Positions 1-10,244 are shown, numbered from the stretch's first letter. The stretch: 64,000 nt of DNA from an uncultured Acidobacteriota bacterium (GCA_963779415.1 CAVZYA010000002.1:1568001-1632000); one strand, 5' to 3'. Numbers and translations: made by a program. The notes: generated from the letters alone by a model not told the origin.

Positions 1-200
1 TCACGTGGCGGCATCTCGGACACCACACCCGCCCGATCATCCTCTTCAACGGCTCCGGCTTCTGGGACCCTCTCCTCTCGGCGGTTTCGAGAATGGCCGA
101 GGAGTGCTTCATCCGCGACGCCGGGGAGCACTTCACGGTGGCGACGACCGCCGAGGACGCCGTGACCCGGGCGCTCGCCGAATGGGACGGCGGCGCGTAG
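1..200 (+). CDS. LOG family (TIGR00730-like) protein, 3' part
   Basis: Frame from position 3 reads TWRHLGHHTRPIILFNGSGFWDPLL..., the LOG-family C-terminal motif; TAG at 198-200; not in the ORF track. Confidence 0.75.
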   Translation, partial: TWRHLGHHTRPIILFNGSGFWDPLLSAVSRMAEECFIRDAGEHFTVATTAEDAVTRALAEWDGGA

Positions 201-2230
201 GCCGGGCGGCGGTTCCCGCGCCGTCGCGCTCTCCCGGCCGGAACCGTCTCCTTGCCGCCGCGGCGGCGGCGGTCTTTCTCGTCGTGGCGGGGACGGCCGA
301 GGAGCGAACGTTCGGAACCGTCTCCGACGAGCAGCAGATGCTCTATTCGGCCATCTCGCTCGCGACGTTCGGGGAGGTGGGGATCGGCCGCGGCCAGATC
401 TTCGGCGTGACGCGGCCGGCGGGGGACGCGGTCTCCCCCTACGGGATGGGGCTGGCGCTCCTCGAGGTTCCGTTTGCATTCGTGGCCCGGCCTTTCGAGA
501 CGGCGTTCGGGGAGCACGCCTCCCAGACGCTCTTCGTCTTCCTGCAGGTTCTCCTCGTGACGGCGGCGTCGGCGATGGCCGGGCTTCTCGCCCGCGGGCT
601 CGGCGCGGGGCGCTTCGGCGAAATGCTGGCCGTCTTCGCGACGGGGCTTTCGTCGCCTCTCTGGGCGTATCCGGCCTGCGGATTTTCGGAGCCCCTGCAG
701 GCGGCCTGCTTCGCCGGCGCGGCGGGGCTTTCGATTCTCGCCGGAGGGCGGGCCGGAAAGGGTGAGAAGCCTGCCTCGCTCCGCCTCGCCGCCGGGGCGG
801 GCTTCCTCGCCGGCTGGGCGCTTCTGACGAAGGGAGTGAACGCTCCCTTTGCGGCACTCCTCCTCGTGCCGCTTCTTTTCGACGCGGAGGGGCGCTTCGC
901 GTTGCGGCCGCGCCTTTCCCTCGCGGCCGCGGCCGCGGCGGGCGCGTTTCTTCCGTCCGTCGCCTGGCTCGCTTTCGAGATCGCCCGCTTCGGCCGCCCG
1001 TTCGCCTCCTACTCGACGCAGCGCTTCACGCACGATCTCGTCGACGGGCTCTGGCGGCTTCTCGTCGGGCCGAACAAGGGGCTTCTCTTCTACTTCCCGC
1101 TCCTCCCCCTCGCCGTCGCCGGCCTCGCCGTATGCGTGCGGCAGAGACGGACGCGCGCCGCCGGCCTTGCGCTTTCCGCGGTCGGCGCCGGGACATGGCT
1201 CCTCTACGCCGGCTGGTGGGCGTGGGACGGAAGCCACGGATGGGGACCGCGGTTTCTCGTCCCGCTTCTCCCTCTCCTCGCGGCGCCGGCCGGCCTCGCC
1301 GCGGAGAGGTCGAAGGGATTCCGCGTCGCCGCGCTCCTTCTTGGAGGTGCCGGAGTCCTCGTGAACCTCCTCGGCGTCCTCGTGGTGGAAGCGGCTTCGG
1401 GGCACTACATCGGATCGACCGGGGGAGTGGCGGTGAGCCGCGAGGAGTTCGAGAGCTTCCCGGCTTCCTTCCGCGAGGCGACGCGGCAGAAGGAGAGGGT
1501 CCTTCCGCGAAACCAGGTCGCCCGGTACGACGCCGCCTTCGCGCCGATCCCGCTTCACTTCTGGCTTCTTCGCCAGCGCCTCGCCGCCTCGGACCCGGCG
1601 GACCTCGCCCGGCGGCTGGAGTCGCCGCCGTGGCTCGCCTCGCATCCCGACGCCAGGCCGCACGTCCCGGCGTCGACGCTCCTCCTCACCACCTTCACGC
1701 CGCTCGCGAACTATCTCGTGGCTCCCTTTCGCTGGCCCCACCTCGGAATGGCGGTCGCGCGGCGGGACGACGAGCCGGCGGGGACCTTCAACAACGCCTG
1801 GCGGAACGGCATCGCGGATCAGGTCTTCCGCAACCTCGACATCGGCCGGGCCGAAAGGGCGGCTCCGCTCGCCCTGTTCCTGCACGAGCAGCTCCCCTCG
1901 GGGTTCTCGGCGGCCGTCTACGCGGAGACCCTCCGCGCGTCCCGTCGCCCCGACGAGGCGCGGATCTTCCTTCGCTCCATCCCGGAGCGCGCCCTTGCCG
2001 CGCCCGCGGTGAACCTCGTCCGGGCGCTCCTCGCGCGCGACGACGGGGACGAGGAGCAGGCACGCGCCTTTCTGAGGGCCGCGGCCGCGAGTTATCCGAC
2101 CCCGGCCGTCCAGCAGGCGCTCCACGCCCCCGTTTCCGATTGGCCCGCCTCGCTTCGACTCTTCCTGACCGACGTCCCCGACGCCGGGTCGGAGCCGCGT
2201 CGTGGCGGGTCCGGGCGTCCGGTAAGATGA
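182..2230 (+). CDS. Multi-pass membrane protein, GT-C/PMT-like glycosyltransferase
   Basis: Many TM segments; DEQQM, FSEP and WGPRFLVP motifs; ATG at 182 overlaps the upstream gene. Confidence 0.6.
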   Translation: MGRRRVGRAAVPAPSRSPGRNRLLAAAAAAVFLVVAGTAEERTFGTVSDEQQMLYSAISLATFGEVGIGRGQIFGVTRPAGDAVSPYGMGLALLEVPFAFVARPFETAFGEHASQTLFVFLQVLLVTAASAMAGLLARGLGAGRFGEMLAVFATGLSSPLWAYPACGFSEPLQAACFAGAAGLSILAGGRAGKGEKPASLRLAAGAGFLAGWALLTKGVNAPFAALLLVPLLFDAEGRFALRPRLSLAAAAAAGAFLPSVAWLAFEIARFGRPFASYSTQRFTHDLVDGLWRLLVGPNKGLLFYFPLLPLAVAGLAVCVRQRRTRAAGLALSAVGAGTWLLYAGWWAWDGSHGWGPRFLVPLLPLLAAPAGLAAERSKGFRVAALLLGGAGVLVNLLGVLVVEAASGHYIGSTGGVAVSREEFESFPASFREATRQKERVLPRNQVARYDAAFAPIPLHFWLLRQRLAASDPADLARRLESPPWLASHPDARPHVPASTLLLTTFTPLANYLVAPFRWPHLGMAVARRDDEPAGTFNNAWRNGIADQVFRNLDIGRAERAAPLALFLHEQLPSGFSAAVYAETLRASRRPDEARIFLRSIPERALAAPAVNLVRALLARDDGDEEQARAFLRAAAASYPTPAVQQALHAPVSDWPASLRLFLTDVPDAGSEPRRGGSGRPVR

Positions 2231-2234
2231 CGAG

Positions 2235-2735
2235 GTGTTGAGACGCGTTCTTCTCGAGGTGGCCGTCGCCTCGCTCCTCCTCGCCGCCTCCACGGGTCTG
2301 GCCAGCGGAAAGTCGGGCGGCCCGAGATGGCGGGGGATCCCGGAAGGCGAGGCCGAGGCGAAGAGGAGCGGCAAGCCGGCCCTCTATTTCTTCACCGCCG
2401 ACTGGTGCGGTCCCTGCCATACGATCGAAAAAGAGGTCTTCGCGGATCCGAAGGTGGCCGCGACCGTCGAAGAGCTCTACGTTCCCATCCTCTGCCGGGA
2501 CCGCTATCGGGAAGAGGGAGCGAATCCCCCGGGTTTCGACGAGCTTGCGCGGCTCTTCGGGCTCCGGGCCTTCCCGACGCTCGTCGTCGCGCGGCCGGGG
2601 ACGAAAAAGGGGCTCCGGCTGACCGGCTGGGCGGGAGCCGACGAAACGCGCGAATTCCTCGACGTGGCCGCGAGCCGTCTCAGGAAAGCCGAGGCCGGGG
2701 CCGCGAAGGCCGGAGCGGGAGGAGAAGAGCCATGA
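2235..2735 (+). CDS. Exported thioredoxin-family protein
   Basis: Signal peptide; FTADWCGPC; FPT cis-Pro motif. Confidence 0.85.
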   Translation: MLRRVLLEVAVASLLLAASTGLASGKSGGPRWRGIPEGEAEAKRSGKPALYFFTADWCGPCHTIEKEVFADPKVAATVEELYVPILCRDRYREEGANPPGFDELARLFGLRAFPTLVVARPGTKKGLRLTGWAGADETREFLDVAASRLRKAEAGAAKAGAGGEEP

Positions 2736-2962
2736 GCACGAAGATCCGGATCCGGAACAACGGCCCGCTCGTCGTGGAGGGAGAGGTGACTCTCCTGGAC
2801 GCGGCGGAGACGCCCTTCGGCCTCGGCGGGCGGATGACGGTCAGCCTCTGCCGCTGCGGGCACTCGGCGAACAAACCCTTCTGCGACGGCTCGCACCGGA
2901 CACAGGGGTTCGCGGACTCGTGCGCCGCGAGGGATCTCCCGCCTCCGGCGCCGAAGCCCTGA
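2732..2962 (+). CDS. CDGSH iron-sulfur domain protein
   Basis: MSTKIRIRNNGPL...LCRCGHSANKPFCDGSH; ATGA overlap with the upstream stop. Confidence 0.9.
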   Translation: MSTKIRIRNNGPLVVEGEVTLLDAAETPFGLGGRMTVSLCRCGHSANKPFCDGSHRTQGFADSCAARDLPPPAPKP

Positions 2963-2965
2963 CGG

Positions 2966-4042
2966 CTACTGCGCCCCGACGCGGAAATTGATCACGTCGC
3001 CGTCGGCGACGACGTAGTCCTTTCCCTCCAGCCGGAACGAACCGTGCGCCCGGCAGGCCGCGAGCGAGCCCGCCTCCATCAGCTTCTCGAACGGAACGAC
3101 CTCCGCGCGGATGAACGTCCGCTCGAAGTCGGTGTGGATGACGCCGGCGGCCTTGACCGCGTGCGTCCCGCGCGGGATCGACCAGGCCCGGCACTCGTCC
3201 TCGCCCGCCGTCAGGAACGAGACGAGACCGAGGAGGTCGTAGGCGGCGCGAAGCAGCCGGTCGAGCGCCCGGTCGGGAAGGCCCAGCCCTTTCAGGAACT
3301 CCACCTGGTCCTCGGGCGACATCGCCGCGATCTCCTGCTCGATCGTCGCCGAGACCGCGGAGAAGCCGACCCGCGGCTCGCCTTTCCACTTGTCGAACCT
3401 CGCCCGCGCGATCGCGCCGGGAAGGTCCCCGGCGTCCTTCTCGTCGGCGTTCAGGATGACGAGCATCGGCTTTGCGGTCAGAAGGCCGAAGCCGCGGACC
3501 AGCTTCACCTCGTCCGGCGTCGGCTCGAAGCGGCGGAGCGCCTCCCCCTTTTCCAGCGTCGCCTTGTAGCGGGTCAGAAGCTCCCTCTCGGCCTCCAGCT
3601 CGGGCGTCTTCTTCTTCTGGATGTCCTTCACGACGCGGTCGAGCCGGTTCGTGACGACAGAGAGGTCCGACAGGAGCATCTCGGTCTCCAGGAGCTCGAG
3701 GTCGCGCGCCGGGTCGATCGAGCCTTCGGGGTGCGGGACCGCGTCGGACCCGAAGCCCCGTACGACGACGGCGAGGCCGTCCATCTGGCGCAGCTCAGGG
3801 AGGTTGAGGCTCTGCGCGCCCCCCTTCACGACGCCGGGGACGTCGACGAAGCGGACCGTGGCCGGGGTCTGCTTCTTCGGCTTGAACATCGCCGTCAGCC
3901 GGTCGAGGCGCGGGTCGGGGACGTGGGCGATCCCGACGTGCGCCTCCCGTTTGTGCGGCGCGACGGCGGTGACGTGTCCGGTCAACAGGGAGAAGAGCGT
4001 CGTCTTCCCGGAGAGCTCGAGGCCGAAGATTCCGAATTCCAT
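2966..4042 (-). CDS. ychF: Obg-family ATPase YchF
   Basis: GxxxSGKTT, FVDVPG, AGVIHTDFERTFIRAEV, EGKDYVVADGD. Confidence 0.9.
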   Translation of the reverse strand: MEFGIFGLELSGKTTLFSLLTGHVTAVAPHKREAHVGIAHVPDPRLDRLTAMFKPKKQTPATVRFVDVPGVVKGGAQSLNLPELRQMDGLAVVVRGFGSDAVPHPEGSIDPARDLELLETEMLLSDLSVVTNRLDRVVKDIQKKKTPELEAERELLTRYKATLEKGEALRRFEPTPDEVKLVRGFGLLTAKPMLVILNADEKDAGDLPGAIARARFDKWKGEPRVGFSAVSATIEQEIAAMSPEDQVEFLKGLGLPDRALDRLLRAAYDLLGLVSFLTAGEDECRAWSIPRGTHAVKAAGVIHTDFERTFIRAEVVPFEKLMEAGSLAACRAHGSFRLEGKDYVVADGDVINFRVGAQ

Positions 4043-4075
4043 GGCCGGATTCTCCCCCGGAGCTACGATTCCCGC

Positions 4076-5227
4076 ATGCCTCGACCACCACGCGTCTCGT
4101 CACCGGTCTCGGAGATCAAGGGCTCCGTCTACACCAAGCTCCTCCACAGGCTCGCCGCGCACCGGGGCGAGATCTATCCCTTCCACGTCGGAGACACATG
4201 GCGCGAGCCGCCGAAAGGGTGCGCCATGGAGGATCTCCGCGCGGCCGACCACCCGCACCTCAACCGTTACACGCCGCCGCAGGGGCTGCCGGAACTCGTC
4301 GACGCGCTCGTCGAGCGGGTCCGCGCCCGGACCGGCGTCGCCATCGAGAGGAGCCAGCTCGTCGTCACCGGCGGTGCCACGGCGGGCCTCTCGAACGCCG
4401 TCGGGGCGGTGGCCGAGGCGGGAGACGAGGTGCTCCTCCTGTCGCCGCACTGGCCCCTCATCGACGGGATCTGCCGCAGTTTCGGCGCGCGTCCCGTCGA
4501 AGTGCCGTTCTTCGGCGTGGCCGAATCCCCGGAGTCGGTGGTCGAGGCCGTGGAGAGAGAGCTCGGACCGCGGACCGTGGCGCTCTACCTCAACACGCCG
4601 AACAACCCGTCCGGACGCGTCATCCCGCGGGAGTCGCTCGAGGCCCTGGTCGAGTTCGCCCGCCGGGAGAGCCTCTGGCTCCTCTTCGACGACGTCTACG
4701 AGGACTACCAGTACGAGGGAGAACACGCTTACGGCCTGTCGCTCGCGCCCGAGCGGGCCTTCACCGCCTGCTCTTTCTCGAAGGCGTTCGGCATGGCAGG
4801 CTACCGTTGCGGCTGGCTCGTGGGGCCGCCCGCCCCGATGGAGGGGGCGCTCAAGCTCCACACGCACAACGTCTACAGTGCGCCGACCGCCTCGCAGGTG
4901 GCGGCGCTTCGCGTCCTTTCGGGCGCCGGAGAGGCGTGGCTCTCGGAGAGCCGCGCGCTCTACGCCGAGACGGGGCGAAAGGCCGCGAAACGCCTCGGCG
5001 TGGCGCCTCCCGAAGGGTCGACCTTTCTCTTCCTCGACGTGGCCGAGGCTCTCGGGGACGGCGGTCTCGAGACGTTCCTCGAAGGGTGCGCCGACGACGG
5101 CCTCTTCCTGGCTCCCGGCCCGAGCTTCGGGCCCTATCCGACGCACGTCCGCGTCTGCTACACGGCCGCTCCACCGGAAGTCGTGATGCGCGGTATCGAG
5201 ATTCTCGCGCGGCGGCTCGGACGCTGA
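4076..5227 (+). CDS. PLP-dependent aminotransferase class I/II
   Basis: NTPNNPSG, DDVY, SFSKAFGMAGYRCG; ATG at 4076. Confidence 0.9.
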   Translation: MPRPPRVSSPVSEIKGSVYTKLLHRLAAHRGEIYPFHVGDTWREPPKGCAMEDLRAADHPHLNRYTPPQGLPELVDALVERVRARTGVAIERSQLVVTGGATAGLSNAVGAVAEAGDEVLLLSPHWPLIDGICRSFGARPVEVPFFGVAESPESVVEAVERELGPRTVALYLNTPNNPSGRVIPRESLEALVEFARRESLWLLFDDVYEDYQYEGEHAYGLSLAPERAFTACSFSKAFGMAGYRCGWLVGPPAPMEGALKLHTHNVYSAPTASQVAALRVLSGAGEAWLSESRALYAETGRKAAKRLGVAPPEGSTFLFLDVAEALGDGGLETFLEGCADDGLFLAPGPSFGPYPTHVRVCYTAAPPEVVMRGIEILARRLGR

Positions 5228-5300
5228 ACGGGCGGGCTTCGGCCAGGCCCCGGAGAGACCTTTCGTGACAAAACGTCGAGGCCCGGACGACTAGGAGAGC

Positions 5301-5888
5301 GTGGTCCCTTTGACAGAGGACGTTCCCGGGCGCGCCGCAGGATTCTCCGGCGAGGGGTCGGAGGAGGAGTGGAAGCGACTCTTCGGGGATCTGGCGGAGG
5401 GAGACGCCATCGCCATGGAAGCCCTCTACGACGCGGGGTCTCGCCCGGTCTTCGGCATCGCGCTTTGGCGAACGGGGTCGGTCGAGGACGCCAGGGACGT
5501 CGTGCAGGAGGTGTTTCTCCGCATCGTCAGCTCTCGCCGTCGCCTCGTGTCGGTCGATGAACCGAGGGCATGGCTCCTTTCGCTGGCCCACCACGTTTCG
5601 GTCGACTTCGTCCGCGGACGGAAACGCCGGGCGGCGCGGAGCCTGGACGACGTCCCCTTTCTCGTCGCGCCGGCGGGCGACGTCTCCCGCGAGGTCGAGG
5701 CTCGCCGCGCCTCGGCGCTCCTGACGAAGCTTCCCGACGAACAGCGCGAGGCGGTCTGGCTGAAGCACTTCGGGGAGTGCACGTTCGCGGCGATAGGACG
5801 GATCACCGGCGTGCCGACGTTCACGGCTGCAAGCCGCTACCGCCTCGGCGTGGAGAAGCTGCGCCGCCTGATGGAGGGGAGCCGATGA
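5301..5888 (+). CDS. ECF RNA polymerase sigma factor
   Basis: DARDVVQEVFLRI, AWL, LPDEQREAVWL and C-terminal HTH. Confidence 0.9.
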   Translation: MVPLTEDVPGRAAGFSGEGSEEEWKRLFGDLAEGDAIAMEALYDAGSRPVFGIALWRTGSVEDARDVVQEVFLRIVSSRRRLVSVDEPRAWLLSLAHHVSVDFVRGRKRRAARSLDDVPFLVAPAGDVSREVEARRASALLTKLPDEQREAVWLKHFGECTFAAIGRITGVPTFTAASRYRLGVEKLRRLMEGSR

Positions 5889-6310
5889 GTCACGGCCGGC
5901 CACCCGACGATTTCCCGTTCTCCGGCCTTGCGCCTCCGGACCCGCCCGCGGAGCTGCGGGGAAGGGTGCTCGCTCTGGCCCGGGAGGCCCTCGCGGAGCC
6001 GGCCGCGCCCGACGTCTGGACGCGTATCTGGGAAAGTCGGCCTCTTCGTATCGCCTGGGCCGTCGCCGCCGCTCTTCTCGTCCTGGCGAATGTCGGCGCC
6101 AGCGTCAGGCGCCCGTCCGGCGCGGCGGTCGTCTCCCGATCCGCCGCCAGGACCGGGACGGAAGCCGAGAAACAGGCGGCCCGGGAGCTCTCGGCCCTCG
6201 TCGCGCTTCCGCCCATCGATGAGACCGTCCAGCCGCTCGTCGGTCGCGCGGCGGCGGAGGCATCGTCTCCCGAGAGAAAGCCCGCGACTTCCGGAGGAGG
6301 AATGTCATGA
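5885..6310 (+). CDS. Probable single-TM anti-sigma factor
   Basis: ATGA overlap with the sigma gene; one TM segment; position typical of anti-sigma factors. Confidence 0.55.
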   Translation: MSHGRPPDDFPFSGLAPPDPPAELRGRVLALAREALAEPAAPDVWTRIWESRPLRIAWAVAAALLVLANVGASVRRPSGAAVVSRSAARTGTEAEKQAARELSALVALPPIDETVQPLVGRAAAEASSPERKPATSGGGMS

Positions 6311-7455
6311 GATCGCTGATCAAAGGTCGTCCTGCCGTCTTCGTTCTCTCGGCCGGAGGAGTCCTCGTGGGGCTCGCCGCCCTCCTCGTCATCCGGGTCG
6401 CGTCGGGGGCACGGCCCGACGAGCCGCGGAGGGAGGTTCTGGCGGCCCGCTCCGCCGGGGCCGAGGCGCCGCCACCGCGTGGGGAGGTGCCGCCGCCGCA
6501 TGCCATCGACATCGCGACGCTCTCGGTTCCCTGCTGGTCGTGCGAAGAAGCGCGCAACTCCTGGCCGCTCCGTTTCCGGACGGACCTCGACCTGCTCGCA
6601 CCTCTCGGAAACGGAACCGCCAACGCGGCCGTCTGGTTCAAGGACTTTGCGAAGCCGAACGGACGGCGCCTCGTCGAGGCCACCGCGGCGCTCGAGCGGC
6701 GGATCGAAGGCCCTCCGGGTTTCGGACAAGTCCTGCCTCCGGACGATCCGCTTCTCAAGGAGGCCGAGCCGTGGTGCGATCAGGCCACGATGCGCTTCTA
6801 CCCGGAGATCTTCGAAATGAAGGCCTGGGAGACGCAGGTTCCGAACCTCCTCGTTCCGATGAATTTCGCGCGATCGTGGGTTGCGCGCGGCGAGACGGAG
6901 AAAGACCCGGACAAGGCCATGGCCGATTTCCGGCGCACGATCCGGCTCGGGCGGCTCCTCCGGCAGGAGGACATCATCGTCGTCAGCGACCTCGTCGGCC
7001 TCGCGTGCATCCGGATCGGGGCGGAGGGGATCTATCGCAGGGCGGCGAAGCTCGGGGACCTTCGCCTCATGCTGGTCGCGGCGATCGTGGCGGGCGAGGC
7101 GGCGCCCCAGAGGCTCCTGACCTCCGAGCGCCTGACGCGGACCGACGTCTCGCCGTTCCTCCGGACGGATGGAGCCGGGAAGACGGTCCTCGACCTTCCC
7201 GACAAGAAGCTGGACGACCTCCTCGAGGCGGCCACGGCGAGTCCCGACGTCCGGCTGCGCGGCGAGGCGCTTCTCGAGATGAACGTCGTGCGGTTCCTCG
7301 GGACCCCCGGGCAGAAGGAGAAGGTCCTCGCCGTTCTCAACCGGGTGGCCGCCGGCGGAACGGGACCTCTCTCTCGCCTTGCAGTCTGGAGTCGCGACAC
7401 GGTACCGACGGAGGAGTCCCTGGCGGCGATCCGAACGCCGATACCGGGGCGCTGA
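6307..7455 (+). CDS. Membrane-anchored/exported hypothetical protein
   Basis: N-terminal TM; ATGA overlap; CWSC motif; high-GC codon usage. Confidence 0.65.
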   Translation: MRSLIKGRPAVFVLSAGGVLVGLAALLVIRVASGARPDEPRREVLAARSAGAEAPPPRGEVPPPHAIDIATLSVPCWSCEEARNSWPLRFRTDLDLLAPLGNGTANAAVWFKDFAKPNGRRLVEATAALERRIEGPPGFGQVLPPDDPLLKEAEPWCDQATMRFYPEIFEMKAWETQVPNLLVPMNFARSWVARGETEKDPDKAMADFRRTIRLGRLLRQEDIIVVSDLVGLACIRIGAEGIYRRAAKLGDLRLMLVAAIVAGEAAPQRLLTSERLTRTDVSPFLRTDGAGKTVLDLPDKKLDDLLEAATASPDVRLRGEALLEMNVVRFLGTPGQKEKVLAVLNRVAAGGTGPLSRLAVWSRDTVPTEESLAAIRTPIPGR

Positions 7456-7470
7456 AGTGCGGGGCGGCCG

Positions 7471-8472
7471 TCAGCGGCCGCGTTCGCTGTCGAGGGTCGT
7501 CATTCCGTGGGCGTGGTAGCGGTCTCCCGCCGCGGCCCCGTGCGGAATCGCGTCCTCGATCCGCGCGAGGTCGTCGGCGGAAAGGCGGACGTCCAGGGCT
7601 CCGAGCGCCTCGGCGAGACGGTCCCTCCGGCGCGCGCCGACAAGCGGGACGATCTCTTCTCCGCGCGACAGGACCCAGGCGATCGCGGCCTGCGCCACCG
7701 TGATCTTCCTCCCGTCCGCGAACTCGCGAAGCGCCTCGACGAGCGCGAGATTCCGCTCGAGGTTCGGACCCAGGAAGCGGGGGAGGAAGCTCCGGATGTC
7801 CGTCGTTCCGCGGGCACGGTCGCTCGACCAGGTGCCGGAAAGGAGCCCGCGCGAGAGGACGCCGTAGGCGGTCACGCCGATTCCCAGCTCGCGGCAGGCG
7901 GGGAGGACCTCGGCTTCGAGGCTGCGCGAGAAGAGCGAGTACTCGATCTGCAGGTCGGCGATCGGGTGGACGGAGTGCGCGCGGCGGATCGTCTCGGCGC
8001 CCGCCTCGGAGAGACCGACGTAGCGGACGTGTCCGGCCTTCACCAGCTCCGCGATCGCCCCGATGGTCTCCTCGATCGGCACGGCGGGGTCGACGCGCGA
8101 GGGGCGGTAGATATCGACGTACTCCGTCCCGAGGCGGCGGAGCGTGTAGGAGAGGAAGTTCTTCACGGCGGCGGGGCGCGCGTCCACGCCGGTCCAGCCG
8201 CCGAACGGGTCGCGCAACGCCCCGAATTTCACGGAGAGGACGATCTTTCCGCGGTCGCGCCCGCGGATCGCCTCGCCGAGGAGCAGCTCGTTGTGCCCCA
8301 TCCCGTAGAAGTCGCCGGTATCGAGAAGGGTCACGCCGGCGTCGAGCGCGGCATGGATCGTCGCGGTGCTCTCCTCGTTATCGGACGGGCCGTAGAGATC
8401 GGACATCCCCATGCAGCCGAGGCCGATCGCCGAGACGACGGGACCGTGAGCTCCGAGCTTTCGCGTGATCAC
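7471..8472 (-). CDS. Aldo/keto reductase
   Basis: GLGCMGMS, DTGDFYG, YVGLSE, QIEYSL. Confidence 0.93.
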   Translation of the reverse strand: MITRKLGAHGPVVSAIGLGCMGMSDLYGPSDNEESTATIHAALDAGVTLLDTGDFYGMGHNELLLGEAIRGRDRGKIVLSVKFGALRDPFGGWTGVDARPAAVKNFLSYTLRRLGTEYVDIYRPSRVDPAVPIEETIGAIAELVKAGHVRYVGLSEAGAETIRRAHSVHPIADLQIEYSLFSRSLEAEVLPACRELGIGVTAYGVLSRGLLSGTWSSDRARGTTDIRSFLPRFLGPNLERNLALVEALREFADGRKITVAQAAIAWVLSRGEEIVPLVGARRRDRLAEALGALDVRLSADDLARIEDAIPHGAAAGDRYHAHGMTTLDSERGR

Positions 8473-8511
8473 GGAGTTTCTCCGGGGCTCGTTCAGAAGG
8501 GCGATCGGTTC

Positions 8512-8673
8512 CTAGCTCTCTGACGGAGCGGGCGGGGCTGGCGGAGAGGGGGGAGTCACCTCTTCGGGTTTGGCGCCGGGCTTGTTCTGCCGGCGCAGCC
8601 GCTTCTCTTCCTGCTTCTTCTGCCTCGCGAGGTCCCGGAGGCGCTTTTCGTGCGAATAGTTCGGTCTTGCCAA
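8512..8673 (-). CDS. Small basic protein (53 aa)
   Basis: TTG start after GAAGAGG RBS; MARPNYSHEKRLRDLARQKKQEEKRLRR...; below the ORF-track cutoff. Confidence 0.65.
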   Translation of the reverse strand: MARPNYSHEKRLRDLARQKKQEEKRLRRQNKPGAKPEEVTPPSPPAPPAPSES

Positions 8674-8812
8674 GGTTTCATCCTCTTCGGGCCGCGAAGA
8701 ATGCCGGGAATCGTGCGGTGCGGCTTTCCGATTCTACACCGGGGCCGATGGACGTCGCGTGACGGAGAAGGGCGGGGCGTCACCGGGGGAGACCGCCTCG
8801 GCCCTCCCGGGC

Positions 8813-9862
8813 TCACCTCAGGCTCGCGATGTCGATGACGAACCGGTAGCGGACGTCGCTCCGGATCATCCGCTCGTACGCCTCGTTGATCTTCCGGATC
8901 GGGATCATCTCGACGTCCGCGACGATCTTCTTCGCGGCGCAGTAGTCGAGCATCTCCTGCGTCTCGGCGATGCCGCCGATCATCGAGCCCGCCAGCTTCT
9001 TGTTCCCGTAGATGAGCGACATGGCCGCGATGGTGGCCGGCGCCGGCGGGACGCCGACGAGGACCATCGCCCCTTCCGTCCGAAGAAGGCCGAGATAGGC
9101 GTTCAGGTCGTGGTCGACGGAGATCGTGTCGATGAGAAGGTCGAAACGCCCCGCCAGCTTCCTGAGAGCCTTCGGCTCGCTCGTCAGCTCGAAGGCATGG
9201 GCGCCGAGCCGCCGCGCATCGGCTTCCTTCGAGCGCGAGGTGGAGAGCATCGTCACCTCCGCCCCCATCGAGGCGGCCAGCTTCACCGCCATGTGCCCGA
9301 GTCCCCCGAGCCCGACAACGCCGACACGGTCGCCGGGCTTGCACTTCCACTGCCGGAGCGGGGAATACGTCGTGATGCCGGCGCAAAGGAGCGGCGCCGC
9401 CCCCGCGAGGTCAAGGCCCGGGGGGACCTTCAGCGTGAACCGTTCGGCGACGACGATCTCCGTGGAGTAGCCGCCGAAAGTCGGCGTCTTGCGGTCCATC
9501 TCGGTCCCGTTGTAGGTGAACGCGGCCCCTTTCAGGCAGAACTGCTCGAGGTTCCGATGGCAGGGATTGCACTCGAGGCACGAGTCGACGAAGCAGCCGA
9601 CGCCGGCGAGGTCGCCGACGGCGAACCTCGTCACGCGGGCACCGACCTTCGTCACGCGGCCCACGATCTCGTGGCCGGGCACCATCGGGAAAATGCCGGG
9701 GCTCCACTCGTCGCGGACCTGGTGGATGTCGGAATGACAGACGCCGCAGTAGAGGATCTCGATCCCCACGTCGTGGGCCCCCGGCTCACGGCGTGTGATC
9801 GGGTGGGGAACGAGCGGCGCCCCGGGGGCGGGAGCGGCATAAGCGGCGATTCGAGCGGTCAT
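8813..9862 (-). CDS. Zn-dependent NAD(P) alcohol dehydrogenase (YahK/AdhC-like)
   Basis: CGVCHSD, GHEIVG, GLGGLGH, DVRYRFVID. Confidence 0.93.
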   Translation of the reverse strand: MTARIAAYAAPAPGAPLVPHPITRREPGAHDVGIEILYCGVCHSDIHQVRDEWSPGIFPMVPGHEIVGRVTKVGARVTRFAVGDLAGVGCFVDSCLECNPCHRNLEQFCLKGAAFTYNGTEMDRKTPTFGGYSTEIVVAERFTLKVPPGLDLAGAAPLLCAGITTYSPLRQWKCKPGDRVGVVGLGGLGHMAVKLAASMGAEVTMLSTSRSKEADARRLGAHAFELTSEPKALRKLAGRFDLLIDTISVDHDLNAYLGLLRTEGAMVLVGVPPAPATIAAMSLIYGNKKLAGSMIGGIAETQEMLDYCAAKKIVADVEMIPIRKINEAYERMIRSDVRYRFVIDIASLR

Positions 9863-9899
9863 TACGGGTTTCTCCTCAACGTGACGGGACGCGTCGCCG

Positions 9900-10244
9900 T
9901 CACTTTTCGAGCTGCAGATGGAAGCGGTGGAAGAAGCGGTGGATGATGGGCGCGAAGATCACCCCGGCGATCACGATCAGGACGAGGCCGCTGTAGAGCG
10001 CATAGAAACCGGCGAAGAGCTTGCCGGCCGACGTCCGGGGATTGGCGATGGGGCCCATCCCCGACAGGATCATCGACGCGTTCAGGAAGGAGTCGACCCA
10101 GGGCAGATCGACGAGGACGTGATAGCCGACCATTCCCGCGAAGAGGGAAAAGGCAACGAGCCCCAGCCCGACGGAAACGCTCAGCGCCAGTCGCTTCAGG
10201 AAGACACGGGGATGGGCCAGCGGCTGGGAGCGGCGCTCGTACAC
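9900..10244 (-). CDS. Small two-TM ion-channel-like membrane protein
   Basis: DSFLNASMILSGMGP and GKLFAGFYALYSG, resembling a pore-domain family. Confidence 0.7.
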   Translation of the reverse strand: MYERRSQPLAHPRVFLKRLALSVSVGLGLVAFSLFAGMVGYHVLVDLPWVDSFLNASMILSGMGPIANPRTSAGKLFAGFYALYSGLVLIVIAGVIFAPIIHRFFHRFHLQLEK

